Part shown: piece after piece, positions 49,182-59,665 of the stretch | Layout: each line of letters begins with the position of its first letter | Position numbering within the stretch: position 1 is the first letter of the stretch | Virus record (IMG/VR): IMGVR_UViG_3300028274_000006 | Coordinates: 10,773 to 74,772 of that record | Source: a virus | DNA: 64,000 nt | Reading direction: 5' to 3' (one strand) | Position numbers and translations under genes: made by a program | Notes under the pieces: model-generated | Databases searched by the model: none | What the model was told of the DNA's origin: nothing | Seen by the model: only the letters and a program-made list of their open reading frames with translations

Positions 49182-49892
49182 ATGACACTTGATGATATGT
49201 TATCTGACTTAAACGTAAGAATCGGCTCTGATCCAGAGGTGAGTAATGCCGACATGACTATATGGCTCAATCAGGCTTTAAGAGCCTTCTGTATGGAGGA
49301 TGATTTTACCTGGCTTGAAAAGAAGGTAACCGCCAGCACAGTTGCTAGCCAATCAGAATATGCACTACCAACAGACTATAAGAGAGCTGTGGAGTTAAGA
49401 GTAGACGGAACTACATCTTCCCCCAACGTACACACCTTCGTTCCTCACGAACAGAGGGTCTTGTACAGTAGTAGCCAAAAGATATTTAGTGTCTTTAATG
49501 ACATTATGGATATTACGCCAGTGCCTACTGCATCTGGAAGTAATAACATAGAACTATGGTACTTGAGGAAGGTAACTAATATGAGTGCTGGAAGTGATGA
49601 GCCTTCAGACTCAGGCATTGCCAATATGCCCGAGGAGTATCATGAGGCTTTAGTGCTTTATGCCTTTGCGGTATACAACTCATACGACGAGGAACATGAC
49701 GAGAAGCGAGAGTTGATGGGTAACCCCAGGAATCCAGTTCCGGGGACTTACTACTATTATGTTGATTTAGCTAAACGAGAAGATTCTAAGAAGAAGAGGG
49801 GTGCAAGACGAAAGATGTTATCTAAGCAAGAATGGCTAGGTTCATCACACCCAAATGAAGTATCAAGGACTAATACAGTACTAGGAAACTAA
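49182..49892 (+). CDS. Head-tail adaptor (copy B)
   Basis: Paralog of 8857. Confidence 0.65.
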   Translation: MTLDDMLSDLNVRIGSDPEVSNADMTIWLNQALRAFCMEDDFTWLEKKVTASTVASQSEYALPTDYKRAVELRVDGTTSSPNVHTFVPHEQRVLYSSSQKIFSVFNDIMDITPVPTASGSNNIELWYLRKVTNMSAGSDEPSDSGIANMPEEYHEALVLYAFAVYNSYDEEHDEKRELMGNPRNPVPGTYYYYVDLAKREDSKKKRGARRKMLSKQEWLGSSHPNEVSRTNTVLGN

Positions 49893-51442
49893 TGGCAAGA
49901 AATTACGTCTACTACAAGAAAAACTCTTACTCAGGGGGTCAAAACGACGCCGATGATCTAGATCAGTTGAGAGACAACGAGTCTAGAGTTTTGAAAAACG
50001 CCTACGTTGGTAAGCCTGGAGTGGCAATTAAACGAAACGGCTTATTACTAACTGGAGACGATACTGGATCTACTAAGATTACAGGTTTAGATTCATGGAA
50101 AGAGACTGATGGGACTAAGTGGCTATTCTCCACAACCGCTACCGACCTAAGATACTTAAACACTACTACTTGGGACACCATAGATGATGGTTTTACCACG
50201 GGACTAGAGACACAGTTTGTAGTAGCTAATAACAAGATTTACATCTTTAATGGCACAGATAACACCCACTCTTATGATGGGGCTACTGTAGCTCTTAACT
50301 CGGGTCTAACAGACATGGGATCGGCAAGTGTTCCAAAGGCTAAATATGCAGCCTACTGGAAGAACTATATGTTTATGTGTGGAGACTCAGATCTTAATGG
50401 GACCTCATATCCTACAAGGGTATGGTTCTCTAACATCGGAGATCCCGATACTTGGACTACAGCTACAGACTACTTTGATGTCGGTCTGGAAGATGGTCAA
50501 TCCATCACTGGAATCGGCATATTAGATAAGTTCCTAGTTATCTTTAAGGAAAACTCAATTTATATCCTAACAGGCGATGGTCCTAGTGCTTGGAAGCTAT
50601 CTGCTACGGTGAATAACCTAGTAGTAGTAGCCAACGGAGTTGGATGTGCCTCTCATAGATCTATCGTGCAAGTAGGTAATGACCTCTGGTTCATGGATCA
50701 ATACGGCAATATTCGTTCTTTAAGAAAGAATGAGGAGGGGGGTAATCCTCTCTATGGTATAGTTTCGGGTAATATTCAAGGAACCATTGATGGGTTAAAT
50801 GCCGGAGCATTAGACAAAGTAGCTGCAACCTTCTTTAACAACAGGGTTTACTACGCAGCACCAACTGGATCAAGTAATTTTAACAATACCGTAATGGTAG
50901 CTGATCTAAGAATTAATCTAGACAAGCCACGCAATCCTCATCCTTGGGTAATCTACTCAGGGTGGAGCCCCTCAGTAATGACGGTTTACAAGTCTTCTAA
51001 TACTCCAGAGCTATACTTGGGTGAGGGTGATGCAGACTCAGTGATTTACAAGGGAGAGACAGGAACCAACGACAACTCAGCAGCAATAGACTTTGATATC
51101 CAGGACAGAATGATTGATTTAAGAGAGCCTGATATGCGAAAAACGGCAAGGTTTATAATAACCACAGCAGAGTCAGCGGGTGATATAGACGTAGCTGTTT
51201 CTACTAGCCTAGATGGAACTACTTTTGAAACCCATGGGGATATTAATCTACTTGCTGGAACTGTTTGGAACTCAGGAACATGGGACACTACAACCTGGGG
51301 ATATGGAACAGAGATTAAGAAGAAGTTTGCAATACAAAGAGCCAATGAACAAATACAAGTCAGATTTAGGAACAACGCAGCCGATGAGGCAGTTACTATG
51401 AAACCATACACATTAGCAATCAAGCCCAAAAAGATAAGATAA
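49892..51442 (+). CDS. Tail nozzle / stabilisation protein (copy B)
   Basis: Paralog of 9569, same length. Confidence 0.7.
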   Translation: MARNYVYYKKNSYSGGQNDADDLDQLRDNESRVLKNAYVGKPGVAIKRNGLLLTGDDTGSTKITGLDSWKETDGTKWLFSTTATDLRYLNTTTWDTIDDGFTTGLETQFVVANNKIYIFNGTDNTHSYDGATVALNSGLTDMGSASVPKAKYAAYWKNYMFMCGDSDLNGTSYPTRVWFSNIGDPDTWTTATDYFDVGLEDGQSITGIGILDKFLVIFKENSIYILTGDGPSAWKLSATVNNLVVVANGVGCASHRSIVQVGNDLWFMDQYGNIRSLRKNEEGGNPLYGIVSGNIQGTIDGLNAGALDKVAATFFNNRVYYAAPTGSSNFNNTVMVADLRINLDKPRNPHPWVIYSGWSPSVMTVYKSSNTPELYLGEGDADSVIYKGETGTNDNSAAIDFDIQDRMIDLREPDMRKTARFIITTAESAGDIDVAVSTSLDGTTFETHGDINLLAGTVWNSGTWDTTTWGYGTEIKKKFAIQRANEQIQVRFRNNAADEAVTMKPYTLAIKPKKIR

Positions 51443-51451
51443 GGAGATTCT

Positions 51452-52003
51452 ATGGGATTAGTCACAAAAACAAACACTTATACAGCAGGATCAACCATCT
51501 TAGCTTCCGAAGTGAACACAAACGAGGACACGCTTTACACGCTGGTCAATGGAAACATTGAAAACGCTAACGTGAAAGCTGGAGCAGCTATTGCAGAAAG
51601 CAAGATTGCCTTTGATACCTCAAGTGGGCACGACCATGATGGAACTGATAGTAAAGCAATACCTCGTGGATTTGCCTTCTCAGTTGTAGGTACTTTAAGC
51701 ACTGGAACATCACAAACACCAGCATTAATAGCCCTACAAGCTATGACTATTAGTAAGGTATACGCCAACGTCAAGACGGCACCAACTGGAGCCTCAATCT
51801 TAGTAGATATAAATAAAAACGGCACTTCTATCTGGGCTACAACTCAGGCTAATAGACTAACCGTAGCTGCCGCTGCAACAACTGGAACTCAAACCTCGTT
51901 TGATACCACGGCACTAGCAGAGGGAGACATCTTAACTATTGATTTAGATCAAGTAGGATCAAGTGTGGCAGGTGCAGATATAACAATTACCGTAAAGGCT
52001 TAA
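51452..52003 (+). CDS. Tail needle / short fibre (copy B)
   Basis: First ~50 aa shared with 11129; GHDHDG motif; different C-terminal domain. Confidence 0.6.
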   Translation: MGLVTKTNTYTAGSTILASEVNTNEDTLYTLVNGNIENANVKAGAAIAESKIAFDTSSGHDHDGTDSKAIPRGFAFSVVGTLSTGTSQTPALIALQAMTISKVYANVKTAPTGASILVDINKNGTSIWATTQANRLTVAAAATTGTQTSFDTTALAEGDILTIDLDQVGSSVAGADITITVKA

Positions 52004-52004
52004 C

Positions 52005-52247
52005 ATGAAAAAAACAAAAACAATAGAATATTTAATCTGCGATTTTAAACATAAGGGAGAAGATGTGGAAGCAGTTGGTAAAGTACAACCATCTGGAAAA
52101 GATGCTTGTGCTCAGCACTTCAAGGCTTATACAGAAGAAATTAGATTGCCAGATGAATTTGGTAATGAAATGAGTGGTCGCAGAGTTTCTGTAGATCCTG
52201 GCTATGACGCTAAAATGGTTATTGAATATAAAAAGGAGAAAAAATAA
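52005..52247 (+). CDS. Hypothetical protein
   Basis: Copy-B-specific ORF, tightly coupled to neighbours. Confidence 0.6.
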   Translation: MKKTKTIEYLICDFKHKGEDVEAVGKVQPSGKDACAQHFKAYTEEIRLPDEFGNEMSGRRVSVDPGYDAKMVIEYKKEKK

Positions 52248-53363
52248 ATGGCACGCTTTCTCGGACTAGGCAACGGTAAGTCTGGGGTTATAGCTTTAGG
52301 TAGCTATACGCCTCTGAAATACTCCTGTTCTGGTACTTCTGGAGCTACTAGCTTAACAGCCACAGGGTCATTCTCAGCTGGTGATAGATTATTCATTCAC
52401 CAGTCTAGAGGTACTGGTGTGGGTAAATATGAAGATAACCGAGTGGCTTCTTATGCCACGGGGACAGTTACCTTAGTTCATCCTTTAGAAAACACATACA
52501 CGGATTCAGGAGCATCACAGGCTCAGGTCTTAATTGTTAAAGAAGCAAGTACGGTCACTGGCTCAATCACAGTCCCTGCGTGGGATGGTAATGTTGGTGG
52601 AGTCTTTGCCATAGCTTGTAATGGTGTTTTTAATGGAACTGTCAGTGCTAACGCTAAAGGATTTACTGGTGGAGCAGCCGTTGCTGGAGTAGTGGGTGGA
52701 TCTGGTAATGCTGGAAAGCAAGGAGAGGGATCTACTGCTGCTGGAGGCACAGCTTCTACATCTGCTAACACCAACGGTGGGGGCGGAGGAGGAGTTGGAG
52801 CTGATGGAGGCGGAGCTGGTGGCGGTGGAGGATATGGAGCCGCAGGATCAAATGGAGGAGCTGGTCAGGGAACTGGTGGAACTAAAGGTACAGCACTTGG
52901 TCAAGCTGCCATTACCTCGCTTTATTTTGGAGGTGGTGGAGGATCTGGAGCTGGTGAATCTAATGACAATGACGGACCCCATACTTCTGGAAAAGGTGGG
53001 ATTGGTGGCGGTGCCATAGTTATATATGCAAGAGAAATAGCAAGCACGGCTCAGATTACTGCTAATGGAGGTGATGGAGGTACATTCTCTGGAAACACGG
53101 GTGTTGACTCCGCAGGAACAGGTGGTGGAGGAGCAGGTGGATCTATTCTACTTAAGACAGTCAAAACAACAGTAGGAAGTTCTAAGGTTACAGCCGCTAA
53201 GGGCGATGGACCAGCCAATGCTTATTCTGGAGGAGCAGGTGGAGATGGAGCCGTAGGAAGAATTAGAATTGAATCATGTAGCGTATCAGGTACAGCAAGC
53301 CCAGCAGCTAGCGAATCCACTGGAGGACATACTTACTGCGGTGGAGGAGCATTTATATTTTAA
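52248..53363 (+). CDS. Glycine-rich putative receptor-binding/tip protein
   Basis: GGGGG/GGAGG runs and GRIRIE-type C-terminus. Confidence 0.7.
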   Translation: MARFLGLGNGKSGVIALGSYTPLKYSCSGTSGATSLTATGSFSAGDRLFIHQSRGTGVGKYEDNRVASYATGTVTLVHPLENTYTDSGASQAQVLIVKEASTVTGSITVPAWDGNVGGVFAIACNGVFNGTVSANAKGFTGGAAVAGVVGGSGNAGKQGEGSTAAGGTASTSANTNGGGGGGVGADGGGAGGGGGYGAAGSNGGAGQGTGGTKGTALGQAAITSLYFGGGGGSGAGESNDNDGPHTSGKGGIGGGAIVIYAREIASTAQITANGGDGGTFSGNTGVDSAGTGGGGAGGSILLKTVKTTVGSSKVTAAKGDGPANAYSGGAGGDGAVGRIRIESCSVSGTASPAASESTGGHTYCGGGAFIF

Positions 53364-53372
53364 GGAGATAAT

Positions 53373-54122
53373 ATGGCAACAGTAGAAGAACAAATCAGAT
53401 CAATAGATAGTCAGGCAGCAGACGAGATTAATAAATATATTGATGAACTCAAAGGTGAGGCTCAAGGAGACTATGATTTTGTTGTTAAATTCCTTAAAAA
53501 ACAGTTTGAAACTGCATTAGGGACAGATGACAGTGCAAGAGCAGAGTTTTTCTCTAAAGTAGCCAACCAGCTTGAGAAGCGTGTTGGTAGGATTCCTTTT
53601 GACTTTGATGTTAAAACTGGCAGAGAGAAGGTTGATATTGCTAATTTCCTTAGAAGAACTGATATAGAAGACACCGATTTAAGAGCCAGAGAACTAGAGT
53701 TCCAACAACAACAGGAGTTTGCCACTGGACTAGAAACTGAACAGCGTAAGGAAGAATTTGGAGCCAGAGGACTTCTAGACTCAGGTCTTCAAAAGAAACG
53801 TGCTTCACAACAGGCTGAAGCTCGTAGACTACAAACTGATCCAGTAAGAAGAGCTTTTGAACTAGAGAGAACCCGTAGGGGTGAACAAGTTGGTGAAGCC
53901 AAGTTACAAAGTGGTCGTAGACTAGAAGATATTGAAACATCAGCGAGAAGAGGTGGTGAGGATGTTCAATTTGGATTTGAGAAGGGATCTGAGGCTGCAA
54001 GTAGAGATCTTGAAAAGAGATTAGCTGCAGTTGAAAGAACTGGTGCTCAAGAGAGAAGGACTGTACTAGGACAACTAACACAAGAAGAATTATTAAAGAA
54101 ACAGTTAGGACAATTCGGATGA
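53373..54122 (+). CDS. Putative ejection protein (copy B)
   Basis: Paralog of 11841. Confidence 0.55.
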   Translation: MATVEEQIRSIDSQAADEINKYIDELKGEAQGDYDFVVKFLKKQFETALGTDDSARAEFFSKVANQLEKRVGRIPFDFDVKTGREKVDIANFLRRTDIEDTDLRARELEFQQQQEFATGLETEQRKEEFGARGLLDSGLQKKRASQQAEARRLQTDPVRRAFELERTRRGEQVGEAKLQSGRRLEDIETSARRGGEDVQFGFEKGSEAASRDLEKRLAAVERTGAQERRTVLGQLTQEELLKKQLGQFG

Positions 54123-54991
54123 TAGACTTTGCCACCGATCTAGCTCAATATAGACAAGAGGCTGACATTACTAGCGTGGGACAAGAGCCTATTAATGCTG
54201 CTACTCCTATATTAGATCCAACCCAGAAGTTGGCTCCAGAGGTTGAGGCACAAGAGATTAGTGCTCCCACGTTTGCTGATGACCTATCTGCTTTCAGAGA
54301 AGAGACAGCCAAAGTAGAGCCGTTAGGAGTTGCAAATGAGGTAGCAGCTAGGGTGAATGTTTTAAGCAGTGAATTAATTGATAAACAGCGTGAGGCTGAA
54401 AAGAAAGCACAAGAAGAAAGAATTAAACAAATAGAAGAACAGTTTGACCAAGCACAAGAGTTTGAGAATAGATCACTTGCTAGTGACTTTGACGAACCAG
54501 GTGCTCAACCCACAGATAGAACTAGGGTAGAGACTGGACAGAACGGTATATTACCAGGTAAGTTTCAAATAACTCAAGGATTTGGAAATAGAAATGATGG
54601 GGTAGAGGTATTCTCTAAAGGGGTAAATTATGGAGTAGATTTTGCTACACCTAAAAACACTCCTGTGGCTGCACCAGATGGAAAGTGGATTGTGGTTGAT
54701 TCCAACAACAGCTCCAAGAGAGAAGGTTTTATTGGAAACAATGATAATCAAGGATATGGAAATAGCGTATTAATACAAAATGCAGAGACGGGTGAGAGAA
54801 TTAGATTCTCCCATCTTAATCAAGCAACACCAAACAAAGGAGATATAGTGTTTGGAGGAGAGTTAGTTGGAAGATCTGGCAACACAGGTAATTCAACCGG
54901 TGCTCACTTAGATGTAGAATACTATGACTCAAACAAACAAATTAGAAATATATTAGGGAGCTCATACGCTTCCCAGTTATTCGGGAGATAA
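54119..54991 (+). CDS. Virion protein with M23-like peptidase domain (copy B)
   Basis: NYGVD, GYGN, SHL and STGAHLD motifs. Confidence 0.75.
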   Translation: MIDFATDLAQYRQEADITSVGQEPINAATPILDPTQKLAPEVEAQEISAPTFADDLSAFREETAKVEPLGVANEVAARVNVLSSELIDKQREAEKKAQEERIKQIEEQFDQAQEFENRSLASDFDEPGAQPTDRTRVETGQNGILPGKFQITQGFGNRNDGVEVFSKGVNYGVDFATPKNTPVAAPDGKWIVVDSNNSSKREGFIGNNDNQGYGNSVLIQNAETGERIRFSHLNQATPNKGDIVFGGELVGRSGNTGNSTGAHLDVEYYDSNKQIRNILGSSYASQLFGR

Positions 54992-54992
54992 T

Positions 54993-56177
54993 ATGGTAAC
55001 ACTAGCACAAACAGGTGATGAATTAGCAAGACAGCAGGGAGTTCCTACCGACAGTAGAGTTAAGCAACAAACTGGAGATGCTTTTGGAGCTATTGAATCA
55101 CAACTACAACAGCAACTATCCTTAGCAGAGGACTTCCAACGCAGAGGACAAGAGAGATTTGGTGAAGTTTCAAGGTTTGCTGCTGGACAAGGAGTGGCTG
55201 GAGTAGAAGCAGTTAGAGACCTTGGACAAAGAGTTTCTGGTGAAGCTCCTAGTGCCTTAATTGGAGCTTCTACAGCACTTGGAAGAGCATTACAAACTGG
55301 AGTCGCAGAAGCCCAAGAAGCCGCATCTAGCGATAATGTTATAAACATTTTATCTCAAATGATTTCTCTTAAAGAAAAACAAGATGAAAGTATTAGACAG
55401 TCTATTGAAGATGGATTTAAGATAGGTCCAGATGGAGTTATTGAAGCACTTACTGAACCTGAATCAGCACAAAGAACATTAGTTGGAGAAGAGGCTGTTG
55501 CTGAAGTTATAAAACAAGGAGGTGGCGATTTAATTAGAAAAGGTGGGAGTAAAGATGAGAGATTTGCTATAGCAGAATCTATTTTAAGATCTGGTGGAAT
55601 CCAACAATATAAGAATCAAATCCCACTAATTGAACTAATAACTTCTTCAGAGGAAAATGATATCAAAACTCAAACAGATTTATTGCAACTAATAGATCAG
55701 GGAGTGGCTTTATTCTCAGGGGCTAAGACTAAAACTGGTACTGGACCGCTAGCAGCACTAATCCCAGGGTTTGCTGCTGGAGAAGAAACAAGATCATTAC
55801 GAAGATCTGCTGAAAACATCAAGGCTCAATATGCAAAGATTATCTCTGGAGCAACAGTATCAGATAAAGAAATGAAGAGACTAGAGAAGTTCTTACCAAC
55901 ATCTAAAAAGACAGAACAAGAGAACCTTGAGGATTTGAAACAACTTTCTAAAGATCTCCAAATTAATCAATTAATCTTTGAAAAGGGCAAAAGAGAAGGA
56001 TTAACAGCCAATCAAGCATATGGTAAATATGGTCAAGAGATATTTGATCAGTTCGGAAATGGTGTTGAAGAGGTAGAGACTGGAAAGATTAAAGTTAAAA
56101 GAAAATCTGATGGTCAAATTGGATTCCTTGATAGTGAAGATGAATTTGATTCAGAGATATACGAAAGGACTCAATAA
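54993..56177 (+). CDS. Putative ejection protein (copy B)
   Basis: Paralog of 13592. Confidence 0.55.
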   Translation: MVTLAQTGDELARQQGVPTDSRVKQQTGDAFGAIESQLQQQLSLAEDFQRRGQERFGEVSRFAAGQGVAGVEAVRDLGQRVSGEAPSALIGASTALGRALQTGVAEAQEAASSDNVINILSQMISLKEKQDESIRQSIEDGFKIGPDGVIEALTEPESAQRTLVGEEAVAEVIKQGGGDLIRKGGSKDERFAIAESILRSGGIQQYKNQIPLIELITSSEENDIKTQTDLLQLIDQGVALFSGAKTKTGTGPLAALIPGFAAGEETRSLRRSAENIKAQYAKIISGATVSDKEMKRLEKFLPTSKKTEQENLEDLKQLSKDLQINQLIFEKGKREGLTANQAYGKYGQEIFDQFGNGVEEVETGKIKVKRKSDGQIGFLDSEDEFDSEIYERTQ

Positions 56178-57532
56178 TGCCATTCACACCAATAAAAGAT
56201 TCATTTGAAAAAGAGTTAACACCAGGACAAAAGGTGGTTAAGGGGGTTTCAAAAGCTGCTCCTACTGCTGGTGCTATATTGGGAGGTATCGCTGGTTCAA
56301 TAGCTGGTATTCCCGCACTTGGATTAGGAGCAATTCCCGCAGGTGCTGCTGGGGCTGCTGCTGGAACTGGGGCTGGATTGGCACTGGGAGAAAGTTTAGA
56401 AAACCTGGCTAAAATTCAGGATGAAACAATATCAGAAAGAGCTGTTGAAGCCGTTAAAGAACCAGCAATAGCTGGATTGTTTGACCTACTTACAGCAGGA
56501 ACTCTTAAAGTGGCTGGTAAAACACTAGGACCAGTTGGCAGAGCACTAAAGGGAGCTACAAAAGGAGTTGGAAGAGTGTTTGTACCGAAGAATGCTAGTA
56601 CTAAAGCATTTGGCTCAATCTTCAAAACAAGTAGTCGTATTGCGTCTGAACTCAAACCAGATGAGGTGGCTACAGAGATGGTTAAACACGGTTTTACTGG
56701 TGACTTAGATGACTTAGCTAAGATAGCTAATGATGTTAGCGGAGCAGATGGAGCCATTAGTAAGATAACCAGAAACGCCGTTGGAAAAGTGGGAAGGTCA
56801 ATAGACATAGGTGATGCACTGACCGCAGCGGGGAAGGCAGCAGATGATGCTGTAAACGTAGATGCAAACACACTAAGAAAGACACAGGTTGGAATTTCAA
56901 ATATTTTAAGCAAGGGTCTTGGAAAAGAAGGTGTAACTGGAATAAATCCACTAGACGCATTAGATGCACAAAGGTCTTTAGAAAAGATTGGTTATAGCCT
57001 TCTAAATAAAGCTGCAAGAAGTGCAGACGGATTATCTGCTGAGGTTTTAGAACAACAAGCAAAAATCTATTTAGGATCTGCTGATGAGGTGGCTGTAGCT
57101 ATTGATAAGGCAACCAAGGGAGCTATTATTGACAGTTTCAAAACCCCACAGGTTTTAGATAGTCTGAATGCAATCTCTCCAAGATTAGCAAAGCAGTTTA
57201 GGGCTGCTCAGAGTATTCCTGAGATTAGGTCAATCGCAAAGCCATTTGTGAGAATGTCTAAACTAATTGATGCAACTAAAGCATATTCTAGTTCAGCTTT
57301 TCTAGAAGGAATAAGAGGAAGAGGAGTGGGAGAATTAGTTACTGGAGCATTGACAAGACCTGAGGCTGCCACATCATTTGCGGTGGCTGGTAAGGAATTA
57401 GTGGAAAGTCCTATTGGTAGGGGGGTAGCTGGAACAGCTAGAATAGCTGGTCAAGCTGCTGAAAAAGTAATGAGTCCAAGTACGGCAAGAATGCTAGTTC
57501 AATTAGGATTAATACCTAGTAGGGAAGAATAG
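56177..57532 (+). CDS. Putative ejection protein (copy B)
   Basis: Paralog of 14731. Confidence 0.55.
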   Translation: MPFTPIKDSFEKELTPGQKVVKGVSKAAPTAGAILGGIAGSIAGIPALGLGAIPAGAAGAAAGTGAGLALGESLENLAKIQDETISERAVEAVKEPAIAGLFDLLTAGTLKVAGKTLGPVGRALKGATKGVGRVFVPKNASTKAFGSIFKTSSRIASELKPDEVATEMVKHGFTGDLDDLAKIANDVSGADGAISKITRNAVGKVGRSIDIGDALTAAGKAADDAVNVDANTLRKTQVGISNILSKGLGKEGVTGINPLDALDAQRSLEKIGYSLLNKAARSADGLSAEVLEQQAKIYLGSADEVAVAIDKATKGAIIDSFKTPQVLDSLNAISPRLAKQFRAAQSIPEIRSIAKPFVRMSKLIDATKAYSSSAFLEGIRGRGVGELVTGALTRPEAATSFAVAGKELVESPIGRGVAGTARIAGQAAEKVMSPSTARMLVQLGLIPSREE

Positions 57533-57533
57533 T

Positions 57534-57602
57534 TTATCTACCGCCAAAAATGGCACCTGAAATAAACAGGAGAACGAAAATTAAAATGATAAAACCGATC
57601 AT
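57534..57602 (-). CDS. 22-aa single-TM peptide MIGFIILIFVLLFISGAIFGGR
   Basis: Homolog of 16156-16224 with the same promoter arrangement. Confidence 0.75.
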   Translation of the reverse strand: MIGFIILIFVLLFISGAIFGGR

Positions 57603-57616
57603 AAGGACATTATAAC

Positions 57617-59020
57617 ATGGCAAAGACATCAACAGAGCTAACTATACAAAAGCTAGAGAATGATATAGCTGATAAGTCAGTTTCTCCTTATGTTATTAGG
57701 CGTGGTTTAATTGGCAAGGCTAGTGATGGTACTTACTACAATATCGTTGCTACTACCGACGGAGAGTTAAAGACTGTTGCTGGTGGACACATTTCTACCG
57801 CCAACTCTACAACCACAGTATTAGATCCCGCTGGAGTAAATGCCTTCACAGGAACCGCAGAGGATATTACTGATGTCTCAGCGATTGTTATTCATGTTAA
57901 GGCTTCTCATGCTTCAGCCACAGATGGTTTAAGCGTTCAGTGGTCACCCGATGGAACTAATTGGGATGGCACAGATGACTTCACTGTTCCTGCTGCTAGT
58001 GGTAAGACATACTCGTTTCAACCAGCAGCTCAATATATCAGGGTGGTTTACACCAACGGAGGAACACTACAGACCTATTTCAGACTCCAAACAATATTTA
58101 AGCATACCAACATCAAACCAAGCTCACACCGAATAGCTGATGCAATCATTGACGACGATGACGCAGAGCTAGTAACTTCAGTCCTTAAAGCTAAGGCTAA
58201 TGGTGGTGGGTTTGTAAACATTGAAGCTACAGCCTCAAACAACTTGAGGGTGACTGATGCTGAGTCGGGGCTATCTATCGCTAAGGGAGATGTTACTGAC
58301 CACTCATTCATTCATAAGTTCGGAGCAGCCCCAGACTTTGATGTAGGGGATGGCTTTGTAACTGTATGGGATGGTGCTGAGGATGATGTGGCGTGGATGT
58401 TAATGAACTATGTTTACTCAAGTACAGCAGCCATAGATTCTATAAGCTCAACAGATGATGGAGATACACAAGATGTTGAGATTCAAGGATTAGATGCTAA
58501 CTACGATTTAGTTATTCAAACAGTAACTCTTACTGGTAATACTAGGAAGGCTTTAGACACAGACCTTATTAGAATATTTAGAATTAAAAATGTGGACTCA
58601 TCTAATTTTGCAGGACACGTTATTGTTTATGAAAATGACACCACTGGGGATGACCCAGGAGTACCAGATGATTCAAACTTAATTAGGGCGGTAGTACAAC
58701 CAGACAACAACCAGACTGAGATGGCGGTATTTACTATACCTGACGGATATACTGGTTACATGAGGTCTTGGTATGCAAGTACAGCGGGGGCTAAGAGAGA
58801 CAGCCAACACACCATTAAAATTTTAGCTAGACCATTTGGTCAGGTTTTCCAACTTAAACATAAGGCTAATATTTCTGTTACAGGAAACTCATATATTCAA
58901 CATAGGTATGAAGAACCAGAGAAGTTTTCAGCCAAGACAGACATTGAGATGCAGATGGATACCGATACGGATATAGCAGGTGTAGCTGGTGGATTTGATA
59001 TAGTATTAGTAGCGGATTAA
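57617..59020 (+). CDS. Putative virion structural protein
   Basis: N-terminus shared with 16240; long unrelated beta-rich remainder. Confidence 0.6.
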   Translation: MAKTSTELTIQKLENDIADKSVSPYVIRRGLIGKASDGTYYNIVATTDGELKTVAGGHISTANSTTTVLDPAGVNAFTGTAEDITDVSAIVIHVKASHASATDGLSVQWSPDGTNWDGTDDFTVPAASGKTYSFQPAAQYIRVVYTNGGTLQTYFRLQTIFKHTNIKPSSHRIADAIIDDDDAELVTSVLKAKANGGGFVNIEATASNNLRVTDAESGLSIAKGDVTDHSFIHKFGAAPDFDVGDGFVTVWDGAEDDVAWMLMNYVYSSTAAIDSISSTDDGDTQDVEIQGLDANYDLVIQTVTLTGNTRKALDTDLIRIFRIKNVDSSNFAGHVIVYENDTTGDDPGVPDDSNLIRAVVQPDNNQTEMAVFTIPDGYTGYMRSWYASTAGAKRDSQHTIKILARPFGQVFQLKHKANISVTGNSYIQHRYEEPEKFSAKTDIEMQMDTDTDIAGVAGGFDIVLVAD

Positions 59021-59024
59021 ACTT

Positions 59025-59231
59025 ATGGAAAATGGTAACACTCAAAAATACAGGTTAGAGCAACTAGAGAAGAACTACGATGGTCTTGACGATAAGATTG
59101 ACAAGATAATGACTAACCACTTGCCCCATATCCATGAAGAGCTCATCAAGCTCAACACCCAAGTAAAAGTATTTGCCACAGTTAATGTCGGTGCGGTGAT
59201 AGTAGCTATTCTTTTACAAAGGTTCTTATGA
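59025..59231 (+). CDS. Small coiled-coil/TM lysis-region protein
   Basis: Paralog of 20301. Confidence 0.65.
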   Translation: MENGNTQKYRLEQLEKNYDGLDDKIDKIMTNHLPHIHEELIKLNTQVKVFATVNVGAVIVAILLQRFL

Positions 59232-59665
59232 ACACAAAAACCGTAAACAAGATTGCAACTGCATTACTATTAGTAATGTTTACTGCACTTGTCTCTATAA
59301 TCACCTACCTTGTTTATCCAGTTAATATAATCAGCGTAGTTCAACCATATAAAGTGTTGAATGAGAATAAGGAAGTTGTTAGGGGAGAGAAGCTAGTCTA
59401 CGAAGTGGAGTACACCAAACATACAGATACCCCAGCCGTCATATATAGGAATGTTGTTTGTGATGATGGTAACTTAGTAACCTTATCTCCAGTAGATAGT
59501 AACGTACCAAGGGGAGAGCATAAAATAGTTAGATCTGATGTAGTAATCCCAGGAAAGACATCGCTTGGAATGTGTAAGTTATCTATAGTCTTAGACTACG
59601 AGTGGAGCCATATAAGAGACATAAGATATAATTTTGAGACAGAAAGTTTCAAGGTCATTAAATGA
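59228..59665 (+). CDS. Membrane-anchored protein
   Basis: N-terminal TM; equivalent of 20504. Confidence 0.65.
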   Translation: MNTKTVNKIATALLLVMFTALVSIITYLVYPVNIISVVQPYKVLNENKEVVRGEKLVYEVEYTKHTDTPAVIYRNVVCDDGNLVTLSPVDSNVPRGEHKIVRSDVVIPGKTSLGMCKLSIVLDYEWSHIRDIRYNFETESFKVIK